Assembly: GCF_030684315.1 (NCBI RefSeq)
Contig: NC_081393.1
Coordinates: 16,487,479 to 16,551,478, forward strand
DNA from: Stegostoma tigrinum
Taxonomy: Eukaryota
Direction of reading: 5' to 3'
DNA length: 64,000 nucleotides
This document shows positions 1 to 12,670 of the stretch, in pieces. The first letter of the stretch is position 1; each line of letters starts with the position of its first letter. The position numbers and the translations under genes are program-made. Below the pieces are notes generated by a model that saw only the letters and a program-made list of their open reading frames with translations, ran no database searches and was not told where the DNA came from.

Positions 1-607
1 AATAGTGCAGACATTGAAGAGCTGGAGTGTAGTCCACCTGAAACTTGAAAATCTGGTCAGGGTATTGAACTACTTGCTATCCAATACAGGAATCCCTAAG
101 GACAGTGTGTTAGAACAAGCACCATCTGCATAATCCGGAACTAATTGCAAGTGTTTAAAATTATATCACATTTTCGAGAGAAGTGCCAGGATGTTTTTGT
201 TTGCAGGGAGACTGCTGGCCAAGGTATCAGGAGCTTTCTGCTGTTCTTTGGACAATGCTATAGAATCTTTGACACCCAACTAAGACAATAGATGAAGCCT
301 TATTTTCCCACCTCCGACCACCCAATTACACTGAAACCCATTTGGCAACACTGACCTGCCCTCAAAATGCCACTGCTCTCAATTCTGGGTGAGGTGGTCA
401 AACAGGCTATCTGAAAGGTGATTCTGTATCCTGCAGCCTCTGTACAGATGACAAAAGCATTAATGCATTTATATGCCACCATATGTATGATTTATTTAAT
501 TGGCTCTAGTTACAAGGTGTGAAATGAAAACTAATAAATTGAGCCTTGTTCATTAAATGACTTGCCAAGATATGTTTTGTCTGTTTTGTATTGGCTCATC
601 TAAGTAA

Positions 608-817
<210 letters not shown>

Positions 818-1556
818 TAAGCCGTGTATGTGAGATCTTTGCGAGGGGCATTGCGCAATACCTATTGTTAAATCTCTCATTTTCTGTTTCACAGAATAAA
901 ATACTGCCACAGCTCTCCTATGGCCTTACCCATTGCACATGGGGCAGTGCATTCAGTCCGTTATACACAGCATTCATTTTCTCCGCTGCTTTTCACTGGT
1001 ATTTTCTGTTTATCTGCTTGAATATTTATTTTGGTCAAATATCTTTTGTGTACTGATTTCTTCCATTCTCTAGCAATCTCCAGCACAACTTCATTTGTCA
1101 TTCTCTCACTAAGGTGTGGAGAACATTCTTCTAAATGTCTACAGTTTATCAATAATCCCTTTGTTTGCTGATCATGTCTGAGTCACGTAAGCCAGATAAT
1201 AAAATGTAGCTGCTCACTCTTCCCTGGAGATTCAGATTTAGTTCCTTCATTCCAGCAAAGCTTGTTATACGACAGGTCCATTTAAAAGTAAAAGCAGACT
1301 CCTCTCCTTTCTCATGTTCCATTTCCAGTTCTGATAAAGTTATGCAGTTGAAAAAGGTGATGTACAGTTCAGGATAGTTGTGGAAATAATTCATGATTGT
1401 GTTCCCTTTTGGCACCTGCTTCATGTTGATGAGGATGATTAGGAGCTCACCCTGTGTGGTACGCAGCACATGCATCTTTTGTTTAACTAGCAAAAAAGTC
1501 CTGTTATACACATTCAATGGGCTAAATGTTTTTGTTTTTTCCACCCCTTCTGACAG

Positions 1557-2206
1557 GATTCTGGACAAACTGTAAGCTCCCAGACTACGAGGAAGTGGCA
1601 GGACACCCTCCAACACCCCCACCTCCTTATACTGAACTACAGCAGCAGAACACACAGACCTCTACCTATGAAAATGTGGTTGTCGAGAGCCAGCCTGCTT
1701 TACAGGAGTCTGTAAACTCACTTGCATTAGAGGCAACACAAGAAGCAGAGGCAACACAAGAAGCAGAGTCTAACTCATCCACTCATGAACAGGAGGATGA
1801 CCAGGTGTCTGATGACCCCACAGAGGTATCACCCACTTATCCAGCTGACAGAGAAAATGGTGACATTATTCAAGAGGAGGAATCTGCTGCACTCTCGGCC
1901 TCCGATTTTAAAATGTTGGATACGGATTCCGACCTATGTGATCAAGGGGAAGGGAAGGAAGAAAGCTCAAGGCATAGGCGGATCACAGGAGACTCTGGCA
2001 TTGAGGTGTGCGTGTGCCAGTTGGATGAGGACTCTTACCATGAGGAAGTGGGCCTGATGGGTGGTGTGAGCGCCTCTGAATGTTGCGAGTCCCCGTCATC
2101 TTATAGCTCTCACCTTCACACAGAGCAGCTCTCCAAGCAGGCTGCTAATACACACCCTCAACTGCATACTGCTAAAGAACGAGAGGAGGATGGTGACATT
2201 GTGTAG
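1557..2206 (+). CDS. WBP1: WBP1 last coding exon
   Basis: Pyrimidine tract and CAG acceptor at 1554-1556, phase-compatible with the previous exon (A|GA = Arg). Has the WW-binding motifs LPDYEEV and PPPPY plus the family motif RHRRITGDSGIEVC. TAG at 2204-2206. Confidence 0.9.
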
Positions 2207-3189
2207 CATGTGCCATTGCCCCTGGTACACAAGTGAAACACACAGATGGTGCAATCATGACTGCTGACTGTTCAGCATCAATTCTGGACTTATCCAGCGT
2301 TTTCCATAAGGTGCCTGAAATACATCAGGTGTAAGATGCAGGTTGTAGTCTATAGATGTAGTAGTTTGGATCTGTCCAGGGTTTCGCAATCAGAGTTTCT
2401 TCTAACCTTCTCTAAAAATTGACTGTAGCACTATGTACTGCTTTGGTAATTTTTCAAATCTTTGTCTTCAGAACCTCTCGTATTGAAAACATTTGACTTT
2501 CTTTTTCAAAAAGGGAGTGGGAAACAAAATCTTTCCAAAAAGAAACATCTCCTGAGACTATGCCATTTTGAGTAGGATGGTATGGGCCTGTGGTCCAGCC
2601 GTTCATCAGTACTGTTGTGCAGGTTGCTTTAGTTAATGGCATCGTTCTTTTTACCTCCTCATGGTCATATGCCACATATACTTGGAGCTCCTCATAGAAA
2701 GGCCAGCCAAGGATGAACAGATCACTATGTGGTGACTCTATGCCTGTGGTGCAGCACATTGACTCATTACTGCCACATGCCTCCAGGGCATACTCTTCAC
2801 TTTGTTAATTTATTAGCAGTGGACCTGTTGGATGCAACGTGTTGAGATGGGCGTTTAGTTTTCACATGTTATGTTGTCTAAACTGCACTAACGCATCAAA
2901 TATTTCTAAATACGAGTTTACTTTTTTTAAAAAGTTTAACTTAGATTTGGGCCTACCAACTATTATTTCTGTGGTACTGTTGGTAGAAGTTTAACTGAAA
3001 CTTTTTACCAATGAATGTTTATGTACAAGTGAAATACAAAGCCTTTATATTCATGTTAAATATAGCACCCACAGCAAAAAAAAACCAAACCCAAAGGCAT
3101 TCACTTATTGGATACTAATACTGTTTGTATGAGAAAGTAGATAATGTGAGATGTGCAGTTTTTCTGCCCAGTTGCAATAAGCTTGCAGT

Positions 3190-3275
3190 TCTGAAGGGTC
3201 ACTGGATTCGAAATGTTAACTCTGCTTTCTCTCCACAGATGCTGTCAGACCGCTGAGTTTTTCTAATACATTCTG
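3190..3275 (+). mobile_element. Degenerate Penelope-terminus/hammerhead-derived short repeat in the inferred WBP1 3' UTR
   Basis: ttctgaagggtcactggattcgaaatgttaactctgctttctctccacagatgctg resembles the copies at 14581-14678 and 59950-60080. Confidence 0.65.
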
Positions 3276-4977
3276 ATGTTGTAATGCTTGGGGAATGGTG
3301 AGTGCATTTTCAGCTATAGGGGAAAATAGGTACGGGACTAATACATATTGGTACCAAGTTTAAAAGTGTGTTGGGTTAAACATGTTGCTTTTCTCCTCTT
3401 GTTGACCGGACAATCTATATTTCTGCAGTTCACTTTAAAGCCAAGAGTTGAGTACAGTGTTGTACAATAATTTATAACCTTAAGTACCTCTGATTAATCA
3501 GCTTCAGTGTCAAGGAAAAGACAATAATTCTAGAGTCAGCTATTGCATATGAGCAAGGAAGAATAGTTTTGTAACAGAAATGCTGCAGAACATGGGGTGA
3601 AATTGATCTATAGTGACTGTTGTTGAACAACAATCCTTATTTGTTTTGCTAGACCTATATAGTCCAAACACACTCCCAAAACTTGGAGGAAAGCATCATG
3701 TGCCACAATAAAACTGCTGCTAAAAGTCAAGGGAGCTAGGTTGAAAATTAAGCAAGGAGTCAAGAAATATATTCTGAATTGGACTGAAACTTGAGTCACA
3801 TGGTTCTGCATTTCATAAAACGTTGGGTGAGCATGAAGGAAAAATGTACAACCAGTGCCTTGCAAATAACAGGGCTGAGCAGACGATTGTCTTCTTTTAA
3901 AAGAAGACATTTTTGCAAAGTACAAGTATTGAAAATGTCTGTTGATTAAAGTGGAATGAGGTGTTGCATTACATGCTTTCAATGTGAAATCTGAACTCAT
4001 TGAATGATAGTCTGGATAATTTAGGTAGCATACTCACCACATCAGGCCAGCGTCATACATTCAGGGAGTGTTTATTACAAATACTCGAGAATGAAAGTTG
4101 GCCACACTTAATGCTCTTAGTATCGATTTTGACTGAGAACAAAGAATTAAAGACTTGTGCTCTGCGTTACAGAAGCAAATGTCACAAGCCACAATATTGT
4201 GAAAGGAAAGAGCAGCTTCCAAAAAAGAACCTTCAAGTGAACAAATAGAAATAGAACAACTAGAGTATTGTATACTTTCCCTAACATCAGATAAAGTTAG
4301 GCTTATGAATACAACTGCTAAAAACCCTTACTGACAATGTACAAAGAGGTTTGTGGCAAAACTAAGCTGATGGTAAGCAAAATATTTAAAATTCCAGTAT
4401 GAAACTCCTCCTTCAATCACAAAGCCAAGTAGTGATGACTGGAGGCCTTTTAATTCTGATATTATAGATATTTGGGAAAACAAGCAAGTAAGAAAGCCTG
4501 ATCCTCGAATTAACACAAGAGAACTGAAAAGGTTGCTTCCGATGAGAGAGACAGCACATTCAATCAGCAATCAGAAAGAAAGTTGATTTCTCCTCCAGTG
4601 ACATGTAAAGAACAATGTGCTTAGACGTTGAGTTGGAAAAGAAAGTTTAGCTGTAGATTCTTCTTTGAATCTATGAGCAGACCAGGAAACATATGGAGCT
4701 GTAGGGACAGAAACCTAGAGGGCAAGGGAAAGAGGAAAAACAGATATTCAGATCCTCAGACAGTGTCTTTTTAAGTAGGTAATGAGGTATCCTTTTAAAA
4801 TATTAGCTTGAGGAAGATTGTCTTTTTTTTGCAGTAGTGAAATGCAGTTATATTTTGATGCCTTTTTAATAAGAAACATTTTAATTTTGTAATACTTTGA
4901 TAGACAATGCATGTTCAAAGGTTGATGAAATTTCGTTGTACAATCTCAGTTACAGTGCTGAAGTCTTTCATATATAA

Positions 4978-4983
4978 AATAAA
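4978..4983 (+). terminator. Probable WBP1 polyadenylation signal (3' UTR about 2.8 kb)
   Basis: AATAAA followed by GT/T-rich sequence (ttatttgctgttttgg) at the end of an AT-rich UTR-like stretch. Confidence 0.55.
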
Positions 4984-5756
4984 AACAAGTTATTTGCTGT
5001 TTTGGATTATGACTTTGTAGTTTTGAATCACAGTGAGATTTGGTGGAAAAGTGGACTTGTCTGATCCTGCAAACCAAAATAAACTTCAAAATGTCATGCA
5101 CAGGATAGAGACTAGGTTAGAGTTACAGATTTGGGATGGGAAGGAATTTCCTGACAGTAATGTTAAGCGTGCATTCCTCAAACACAGATTTACAAAGGGC
5201 CTTGTTTCCTCGTGCAAGATTGAAATTATCATCTGTTAACTGTCTTTTAAGGACTATATGTTATTTACAGCAAATAGTCTAAAAGTCTAATATCCTTTGA
5301 AATCATTCCCATCTTGTTCATTCAAAGGTTGCCTCCCCAAAATTATGGCAAATGATGCCTACAAGTAAATCCTACTTAACTTTGGGACTGCACAGAATTA
5401 CAAATTTCAGCACAAGAAATAGGCTATTGTCAAGGTGCAAGTTGGAATGAATGTTCATTCAATTTACCCTTTCAATTTTTTCTTAGGTAAGCTAATAACA
5501 CTCAAATGCTGAGACTGATCCTGCCACAACAGACCCTTGTACTACTTCTTACACAGCTAATTTTGTGAGCTAGAAAATTTGCAAAGGGCTGTTGCGAGTC
5601 TTGTTGTCTAATTGATAAACATAACCAAACATTAAAATGAGTCAGTTTCTGGAGCTCAGTGTGGCACATGAAGATGTTCAGATTTTGCTCAAATTCCCCT
5701 TAGTCAGGTGCAGGAAAGCTCAGTGAATCAGCAATAACTTGGGGAAGAAAAAGAGT

Positions 5757-5910
5757 AGAATCCCCACAATGTAGAAGCAGGCCATTCAGCTCCTCAAGTC
5801 CACAGAAACCTGAAGCATCCCTGTAACCCTGCATTTCCCATGGCTAATTAGCCTGCACAGCCCTGGATACACTGGGCAATTTAGCATGACATGTACATCT
5901 TTGGACTTGC
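5757..5910 (-). mobile_element. HE1-like SINE fragment
   Basis: Shares ccctgtaaccctgcatttcccatggctaa...gggcaatttagcatg...catctttggact with the longer copy at 49150-49484. Confidence 0.7.
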
Positions 5911-6608
5911 ATCTCAATCCTGTAAAGATATCAGCATCTTCCCTTGCTGAGCTCTACTTAAAGTCTTTTTCTTTTTCCGCCAGCAATGGATGCCAAACAC
6001 TCCAAGTGATGACCTATGAAGCAAATCAAAATTCGGAAAGCATTCTACTGATATAGCAGCGTAATGATTTCCCAAGCTCCCAGTACAAAGTAGTAACAAA
6101 CTGACTGCATTCTGAAAGCGAGAGAGCCACTGTTACTGAAGCAAATGGACATCAGGGATGCAGATGAAGTCAGAAATGGAGAAGTGCAGAGATCTTAGGA
6201 GAGGGAGTTAATTTGACAACCAGGATGGGCATTTCACTTTTGAGCATTAGCGGACATGAGATGTAGAAGGCAACACAAATACTTTGTGTATTTTGTTTGG
6301 TTAAATCATAAACACCAAACGGTTCAAAAATATATTGTGATGTCACAGTAACCCTGGTTGTCACAGTGTTTGTGACACCAAGAGTTGAAAATTGATCTAG
6401 ATACTTGCACATTGCATTTTCTTTCCCAGCTTTATCCTGCACACTCTATTTGCTACTCTCTCTCTTTCCAAGTGTGTTGTCTACTGCAACAGAACAATTT
6501 AGAGCAACTTTGCAAGAAATTCAATCTGAAAACCGAAAAACGTCACTGACTTTGGCACTCTGTCTCATGTTAAACCAGACCCCACTGGGGTCTGCTTCAT
6601 ATAACAGG

Positions 6609-7031
6609 ATGCTGGGCTGGGATGAGTACGTGAGAAGTTTGCTTGCGGATGGGTTATGCCAAGATGCAGCAGTATTTGCATGCTCATGGCCCAGGCTGCT
6701 GGCTGCCAAACAGCAAGGACTGTTTGAGCAAATGAGCCCTCAGGAAATCAAAGCCATTGTCAGCAGTGATCGGAAGACCTTCCTCGTCAAAGGGCTCACT
6801 GTTGGCGGTAAGAAGTGCTTTGTCATCAGAGATAACTTTCATGTGGATGGGGATTACACCATGGATATCAGGATGAAACGATGGGACAGCAACCATCCTT
6901 GCCACAGCATAGCCATTGCTAGGTCCAACAAAGTCTTCATCATGATTATGGGTAAGAGAGGGGTCCATGGAGGAACGCTCAACAAAAAGGCATTTCAGAT
7001 GGCAAACTATATTAGAAAGTCTGGCTGTTAG
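6609..7031 (+). CDS. Intronless profilin, PFN3-like (140 aa)
   Basis: MLGWDEY...SPQEI...DRKTFLVKGLTVGGKKCFVIRD...MGKRGVHGGTLNKKAFQMANYIR has profilin motifs and canonical length with no introns. An in-frame upstream ATG lies at 6567, a possible CAG acceptor at 6605-6607, and AATAAA at 7103-7108. Confidence 0.92.
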   Translation: MLGWDEYVRSLLADGLCQDAAVFACSWPRLLAAKQQGLFEQMSPQEIKAIVSSDRKTFLVKGLTVGGKKCFVIRDNFHVDGDYTMDIRMKRWDSNHPCHSIAIARSNKVFIMIMGKRGVHGGTLNKKAFQMANYIRKSGC

Positions 7032-8990
7032 GAAGTTGCCATTAAAAGCTGACTGCGGCTGCTTCTGTGGATGGTCATCGTAACAACATTGCAACTCTTT
7101 CAAATAAAAATTATTCATAGAAAAAACGGTTGAAATCCATACGTTTTATGCCCTTAAACTATAGAAATTGAGTTTGCAATGCTGAATACAACAGAAAAAT
7201 TACTTGCATTTATCTCCAATAAACATAAAAAAGGTTTGAGGGTTCACTGTTTCACTTTGAAAGGGTGAAAAACTGTGATGCATTGCAAAAGACAGAAGTA
7301 CAACAAGTACAGTGTAGGAATCGCTAAAATGTGCAAATATCCAATTACAACTTGCCATGTAAATGAGGCATAGAAACAATCTAATTCTCCTCCAATCATA
7401 CACAGAATATTGAGCTTCGTGTTCCACCAGTGACCAATCCGTTGGAACCAAGAGTCAAATCCATGACTGAAGGAAAAGGAGATCATGGCTCAGAATACAT
7501 GGCACTTCTAAACATGAGCCAGTTGATGCATCTCCAAAAGCCAGATCACTGCCCAGTTGGCTTCCGCAAAACAATAGATAAGTTAACCAAGGGGATAAGT
7601 CATCCTGGCAAACAGCCAAAAAGAAAATCTCATCCTGATTCATCATTAGTGACTGGCTGAGCTTTGATATTAATAGTAAATCCATTCCCAAGTTTCACTC
7701 AGGGGCAGCAGTCAGCTTTTTTTTAAAATAAAAAGTGAATCTGAAGCATTTTTGCAAATGAGTTTGTTTCTCACCTTCAAATGGCTGAATGAGCAATTGT
7801 AATAGGTTACGCCATTGTGATTTACCACAGGGCTATTTATAAATGATATTTATGGCACAGCTTGATTATCTGTTTCTCAGTATACTTAGCGCAGTTTGAT
7901 TCTGGACTTTAGGAGGAACAATACGGAGATCATACAGTGGAAACATTTCAAAGGAGACGCAGGGGCATCTGAGGATGTTGGTACACAAATCTTGAAGATG
8001 ACAGAACAAGGTGATCAAACTTCTGCAAAAGATCTGAATACCCTGACTTTATAACAAGAGACATAGACTATAAACAAATTAACCGTAGCTCATGTCACCG
8101 TTCAGCAAGACCATGTCAGATCTGACTGTGGTCTTAAGTCCTTACGTCCACCTTCTCTCCTTCCCCCAACAAAATGAGCCACACTACAAAAGGAAGCTAT
8201 GTTAAGCATTTATAAACTATTGATTAGACCTCAATTGCTATATTGTGTTTAATTTTAATTACCAGCCTTTAAAAAAATATCAAGGCCTTGAAGTGAATGC
8301 AGAGTTTACTTACAAGTGTAAGGGAAAGTTTAACATTTTGAATGAGAGAAACCTTACACTGGCAGCAGAGTCAGTAACCAGAGGATACGCTTCAAATAAC
8401 TGGCAAAGCAATCATATGGGGAGATTTTTCTTCAAATACATGAAGGCAGAAGGATCAAAAATGCATTTGTTGAAAGGACAATTGAAGCAGATCGATTTTA
8501 CCTTTTTAAAAGGAATTGTCACATACTTGAAATGACAAAATTTGAAGGGCAAAGGTTTACTCAGAGTCAGTGGAAATTTACAATTTAAAAACATTATCAA
8601 TCCAGCTAGATCTCCTCAGAGGCAGCAAAAGTACAGTGTGAGCTAATGGTGGCAGCGACTTTCATACATTTACAACTTAATCCCGTGCAAACTTATCAGA
8701 CAGAGGACAGCACTAAGTTTCTGAGTAAGCACCCACGTTAATCTAGAAACATGAACCTCACTTGCCCCAGTTCGTAGACTGGTTTAGCTCTCCGGAGAAA
8801 GACTGTGCATTTGTTGAATGCAGAACAGTTGGTAGAATATGCATTGTACTGAAAATCATTTTCATCTAAAATACTGTTCAGATTCTTGATCCTGTTATAA
8901 CTTTCCAACCCTGATAACAAGCAGATTGTGGTTCCATACAGTAAGAAACAGAAAACCAAGTTCAACTCCATCTTAAAAAGAAATGAGAAG

Positions 8991-8996
8991 TTTATT
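8991..8996 (-). terminator. Probable POLR3D polyadenylation signal
   Basis: TTTATT on + (AATAAA on -) with T/GT-rich sequence downstream on the minus strand. An alternative AATAAA lies at 10055-10060. Confidence 0.45.
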
Positions 8997-10391
8997 TCCA
9001 ATCCAAGATCCAAAAATACTCATCCAAACATAGCACAGCAGTGGAAGAGTTGCAATATGATTTTCCAAACTTGTTGTGATTTTAACATCCATTAAGTCAA
9101 GAACGAGGTTAACATAGCCTTAACCAGTTCCAATCCTGAGCTGTCCAAATCAATATTAACATTCAGACTCACTATACACTGGTCAAATAGATCACTGATT
9201 TAAGTGATCATCTTACAAAGGGCAGACGTTAAGCTCTGTGCTGTCAGTTTCCTCCTATACTGTAACATTGCTCAGCACAAGCCTTTTCAAGAGTGCAAGA
9301 GAGAGTGAAAATGTGCAAAGATCCTCTGGCCAGTCATACATTTAAGATGCAATTTTAAAGTATTAGGATTTCAGGACAATTTGTGTTATGAGAAACCATT
9401 AGAACTGTGAAAAGCACCCAGCAGCACAATTAAAAATTATGCTTTGTCTCTGAGTTACACAAAACATTGATAGAGTTTTGAGGGATGCAATTCTGACACT
9501 AAAAATGGGTGTCAGTCTAACCATGACTTATGAAAGCTATAGGTAAACCATAAAGCACTACTAAACTATTGTGGTTAATAGTGCCATGCCCTAGTAAACT
9601 TAAGGAAAAGATATTCTAAGAGGTCCCACAAATTATAGGATTTCTTTGGCTGAAACCACATCATAAAACATCATCTAAGTCACCGAGACAACAATGCCAA
9701 ACTAAAATAATTTAGCAGGAAAGCTGACATAGCACAGCAGAGTGCTGTTACAGTGTGAGACACAATCTAAAATCTTCATTCCCACCCAAACCAGGACATC
9801 TCCTAACTTGCAATACGTGGAGTGTCGAATGTTTTTGATGCTGATCTTGTTACCTGACCAAAGTCCAGCAAGCAAGAAGAATCAAATGGAACATTAACTT
9901 TCTGTTCCTGACAGCATGGATTCAAACTAGAACGAAGTCTGAATGTGAACTCTCAAGAGTTCAAACTCTTGGATCACAACTGTGCAAAGATTCCACCAGC
10001 TCTCAAAGACTGACCTCGGGTCAGCAAGGCTGATGGCCCTGGATCTCACTGCCTTTTATTCTGAAAATATTGCTGATTCGTGTACAACTGTTCCCACAGT
10101 TCAGTATTGCTTCCACGATCGTCTCTCAAAATGATTTGTGGACATTACCTTGCTGACTGCCAGCAATTAATAGAGAAGCCAGACCAGATATATCCTCATT
10201 ATGACATATACACAGCCATAAAGAGAAAGTCTCATTCCAGTTTCCCTTGAGAACTGGCTGCTCATTTCTCTGCAAAGCCGTCCTGCATTCCCCAGCTCAG
10301 GGAATGCAAGAGCAGCTCACCCTGCCACCTGCTTCTGTCTTGGTGTTGCAGGTGCTGTGCTGCCTATTGACATGTACATCTCAAATTCCAG

Positions 10392-10511
10392 CTAATGCCT
10401 CTGCTCAAGGAGAGATTCAAAGTCAGGGGAACAGACTAACTTGTGTTTCACATGTCCCAGCACCGTCATTTCACCAGTCCGGTTCTCTCCGAATCCAATA
10501 GAAACCAGCTC
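10392..10511 (-). CDS. POLR3D: RNA polymerase III subunit D (RPC4), last coding exon
   Basis: ELVSIGFGENRTGEMTVLGHVKHKLVCSPDFESLLEQRH* matches the RPC4 C-terminus. AG acceptor. Not in the ORF track. Confidence 0.93.
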   Translation of the reverse strand, partial: ELVSIGFGENRTGEMTVLGHVKHKLVCSPDFESLLEQRH

Positions 10512-11130
10512 CTTAGAGAAGGACAACAACAGAAATTAAGTAAGTGGAATGATCAAGATGGAAGTTTCATAGCTGTTTGCAAGGTAGGGAGCTAAGACTA
10601 GGGCTAGGGCATGGGCAAGGGCACAGAGACCTTCACAATGTCCCGTCTCAAAGCAATTCACAGCTGACACATTTGCACTTGTAATAACTCCACTGCTCCT
10701 TCTCAAAGCATACCATGATAGCTTTCACATCCATCTGCAACGGCAGAAGGGTCCTCTGTCTAATGGCACATTTGAAAGGCAGCACCTCCAACTGTGCAGC
10801 TCTTCCTCCTTGCTACGCAGGAGAGTCATCCTAGATTACATGCTCCAGCATTTCTGGTGTGAACCGACCGGCTTAATCTCAGTCTGCTGCTAGGGAGAAG
10901 GAATGGATTTTGAAGTGGGGACCCAGTCTTCAAAGCTTTAATGAGAGGAAATGATTCGTTTTGTAACAAACTGAGTCCCACAACCATGACAGTATCTCCA
11001 AATTAATGACATGAGCCCCAGCAAAACAAAATGCCTAAGCTAAACACCCAAGTTAGGGGACTCCTCTCAGGGAAAAATAAAAAGCTTACAGTAAACCGCT
11101 TCCCTACTTAGGAAAATGTGTATAAAATAC

Positions 11131-11283
11131 CTGGAGAAATGAACAGGTTGTGCCCATGGTGACATCCAGGATGACCTGTCCCAGTACAAGCTGCACTCTC
11201 CCCGACTTTCTGATCAGCAACTTTCCAATCTGACCTTCAGTTAAATCCATCAGCGAGCAGGAATTCTCAGCTTGTTTCAGTTC
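11131..11283 (-). CDS. POLR3D: POLR3D coding exon 7
   Basis: ELKQAENSCSLMDLTEGQIGKLLIRKSGRVQLVLGQVILDVTMGTTCSFLQ, 153 nt, AG/GT flanks, phase 0. Confidence 0.93.
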
Positions 11284-11999
11284 CTGAAGGACACACATAC
11301 ACACCGATTCGTTACAGAGCTGTTCAATTTAACTGTACTGCATAGGCCAAAAGTAGCATCCAGTGCTCCTGGCACATTAGATTACAGTTTGTGTTTCTAT
11401 TCCGGGAATAATAGACAGGGAATAAACTAACTGGATTGCAAAATGCTGGAAACAGCCTTTAAAATGTGTCTTATTTCCCAAGTTCATCTTTTATATAAAT
11501 TTGCCTGTAACTCATTCCCAGGCATCGATAATTCCACATATAAAACCTCGCGAACTGGTCAATTATATTTTAATGTGTAACTCACTACTGAGTTTCTCTT
11601 ATTCTATATATGAGCCACACAAACTCCTTGATTAGATTCCATTCTGTAACTTATTCCCAGATGTTATTTAAACATAAATCATCTGAATTCTTCAATTATA
11701 TTTCAGCCTACAGTAACACAGTCTTGCATATCTGTTACTTTAAGTAAAAACTTGCCAAACCTCGATTAGGTTCCAGTCTGTATCTCACCCCTGGTTGATG
11801 TTATTCTATGTATAAACCACGTGAATTCCTCAATTAAATTCCATTCTGTAAGTCACCCTGCTTATCCCAGCACTTGATGCTTTTTATCACAAAACAGAAG
11901 CGCAACAGGTATTTTTCCAATTCACAAAAACATAGGTGCAGTTTTGGAAATAGCTGGAGATCGACGAGTAGCCCTAGCTGGATGTTCCCCAGTACAGAC

Positions 12000-12244
12000 C
12001 TGAGCCTTCTCTTGCTTGAGCTGCATAGCCTGGCCATCGTCAGCCTGAACCTCAGCTTTTACAGGTTTCTCATCGCGAGTGGGAGCCTGGCCAGGCAGTG
12101 TGTCAGGTAGCTGCAGAAACAGAAGTTCGTCATCTTTACGCACACTAAGCTCTTGAAGCAGCTCAGACACCGAAACCTCCTTCTGCACAGCCTGGGTCAT
12201 CTTCGACATCTGCATTTCTTTGGCAACTCCAGGTTCATCCTTAA
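12000..12244 (-). CDS. POLR3D: POLR3D coding exon 6
   Basis: Contains ELLFLQLPDTLPGQ, 245 nt, AG/GT flanks, phases consistent. Confidence 0.92.
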
Positions 12245-12469
12245 CTGAAAACAGAGCAATGATTCTAAGTGATTATACACTGTAGATTTTATAAACCACA
12301 GGCAGTATATTGAAAGATTGGAAAAAGATAATTTCATCTGGCTTTTTAACACTCCCCTCTCAAATGGAGCCAACTACTCTTCAACAGCTCATGCAAGTGA
12401 GTGAGTTTGTACTTGAATATTGCTGGATTACACCACCATGTAGCACTCTTGCCTTAATCAGAGTTTTGG

Positions 12470-12670
12470 GGTTCAATTTCCGCTCTAGGACTTGAGCACA
12501 TTATCTACGTTGACAAAGGCCATGCAGTACTCAGGTGCATTGTCAGAAGAGCTGTCTTTCAAGAAGAGACAACAAACAGTCTGCCCTCTCAGCTGGCCAT
12601 TAAACATCTCTCAGTCTTATTCAAAGAAAGGCAGGGAAGTTCTCAGTGGTCTCCTAACCGTGACTGAGCA
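12470..12670 (+). mobile_element. Old SINE, SacSINE1/Deu-domain-like
   Basis: ggttcaa...gacttgagcaca...cagtact...gctgtctttc...ctgccctctcag pattern. Similar degenerate copies at about 140-420, 10630-10860, 29290-29690, 37220-38190, 46300-46590, 55220-55440 and 59470-59830. Family name from memory. Confidence 0.5.

Noticed and set aside
6405-6566. Signal-peptide-like N-terminal extension on the profilin ORF
   Set aside because: It starts at TTG rather than ATG. The canonical-length profilin starts at 6609, after a likely splice acceptor.
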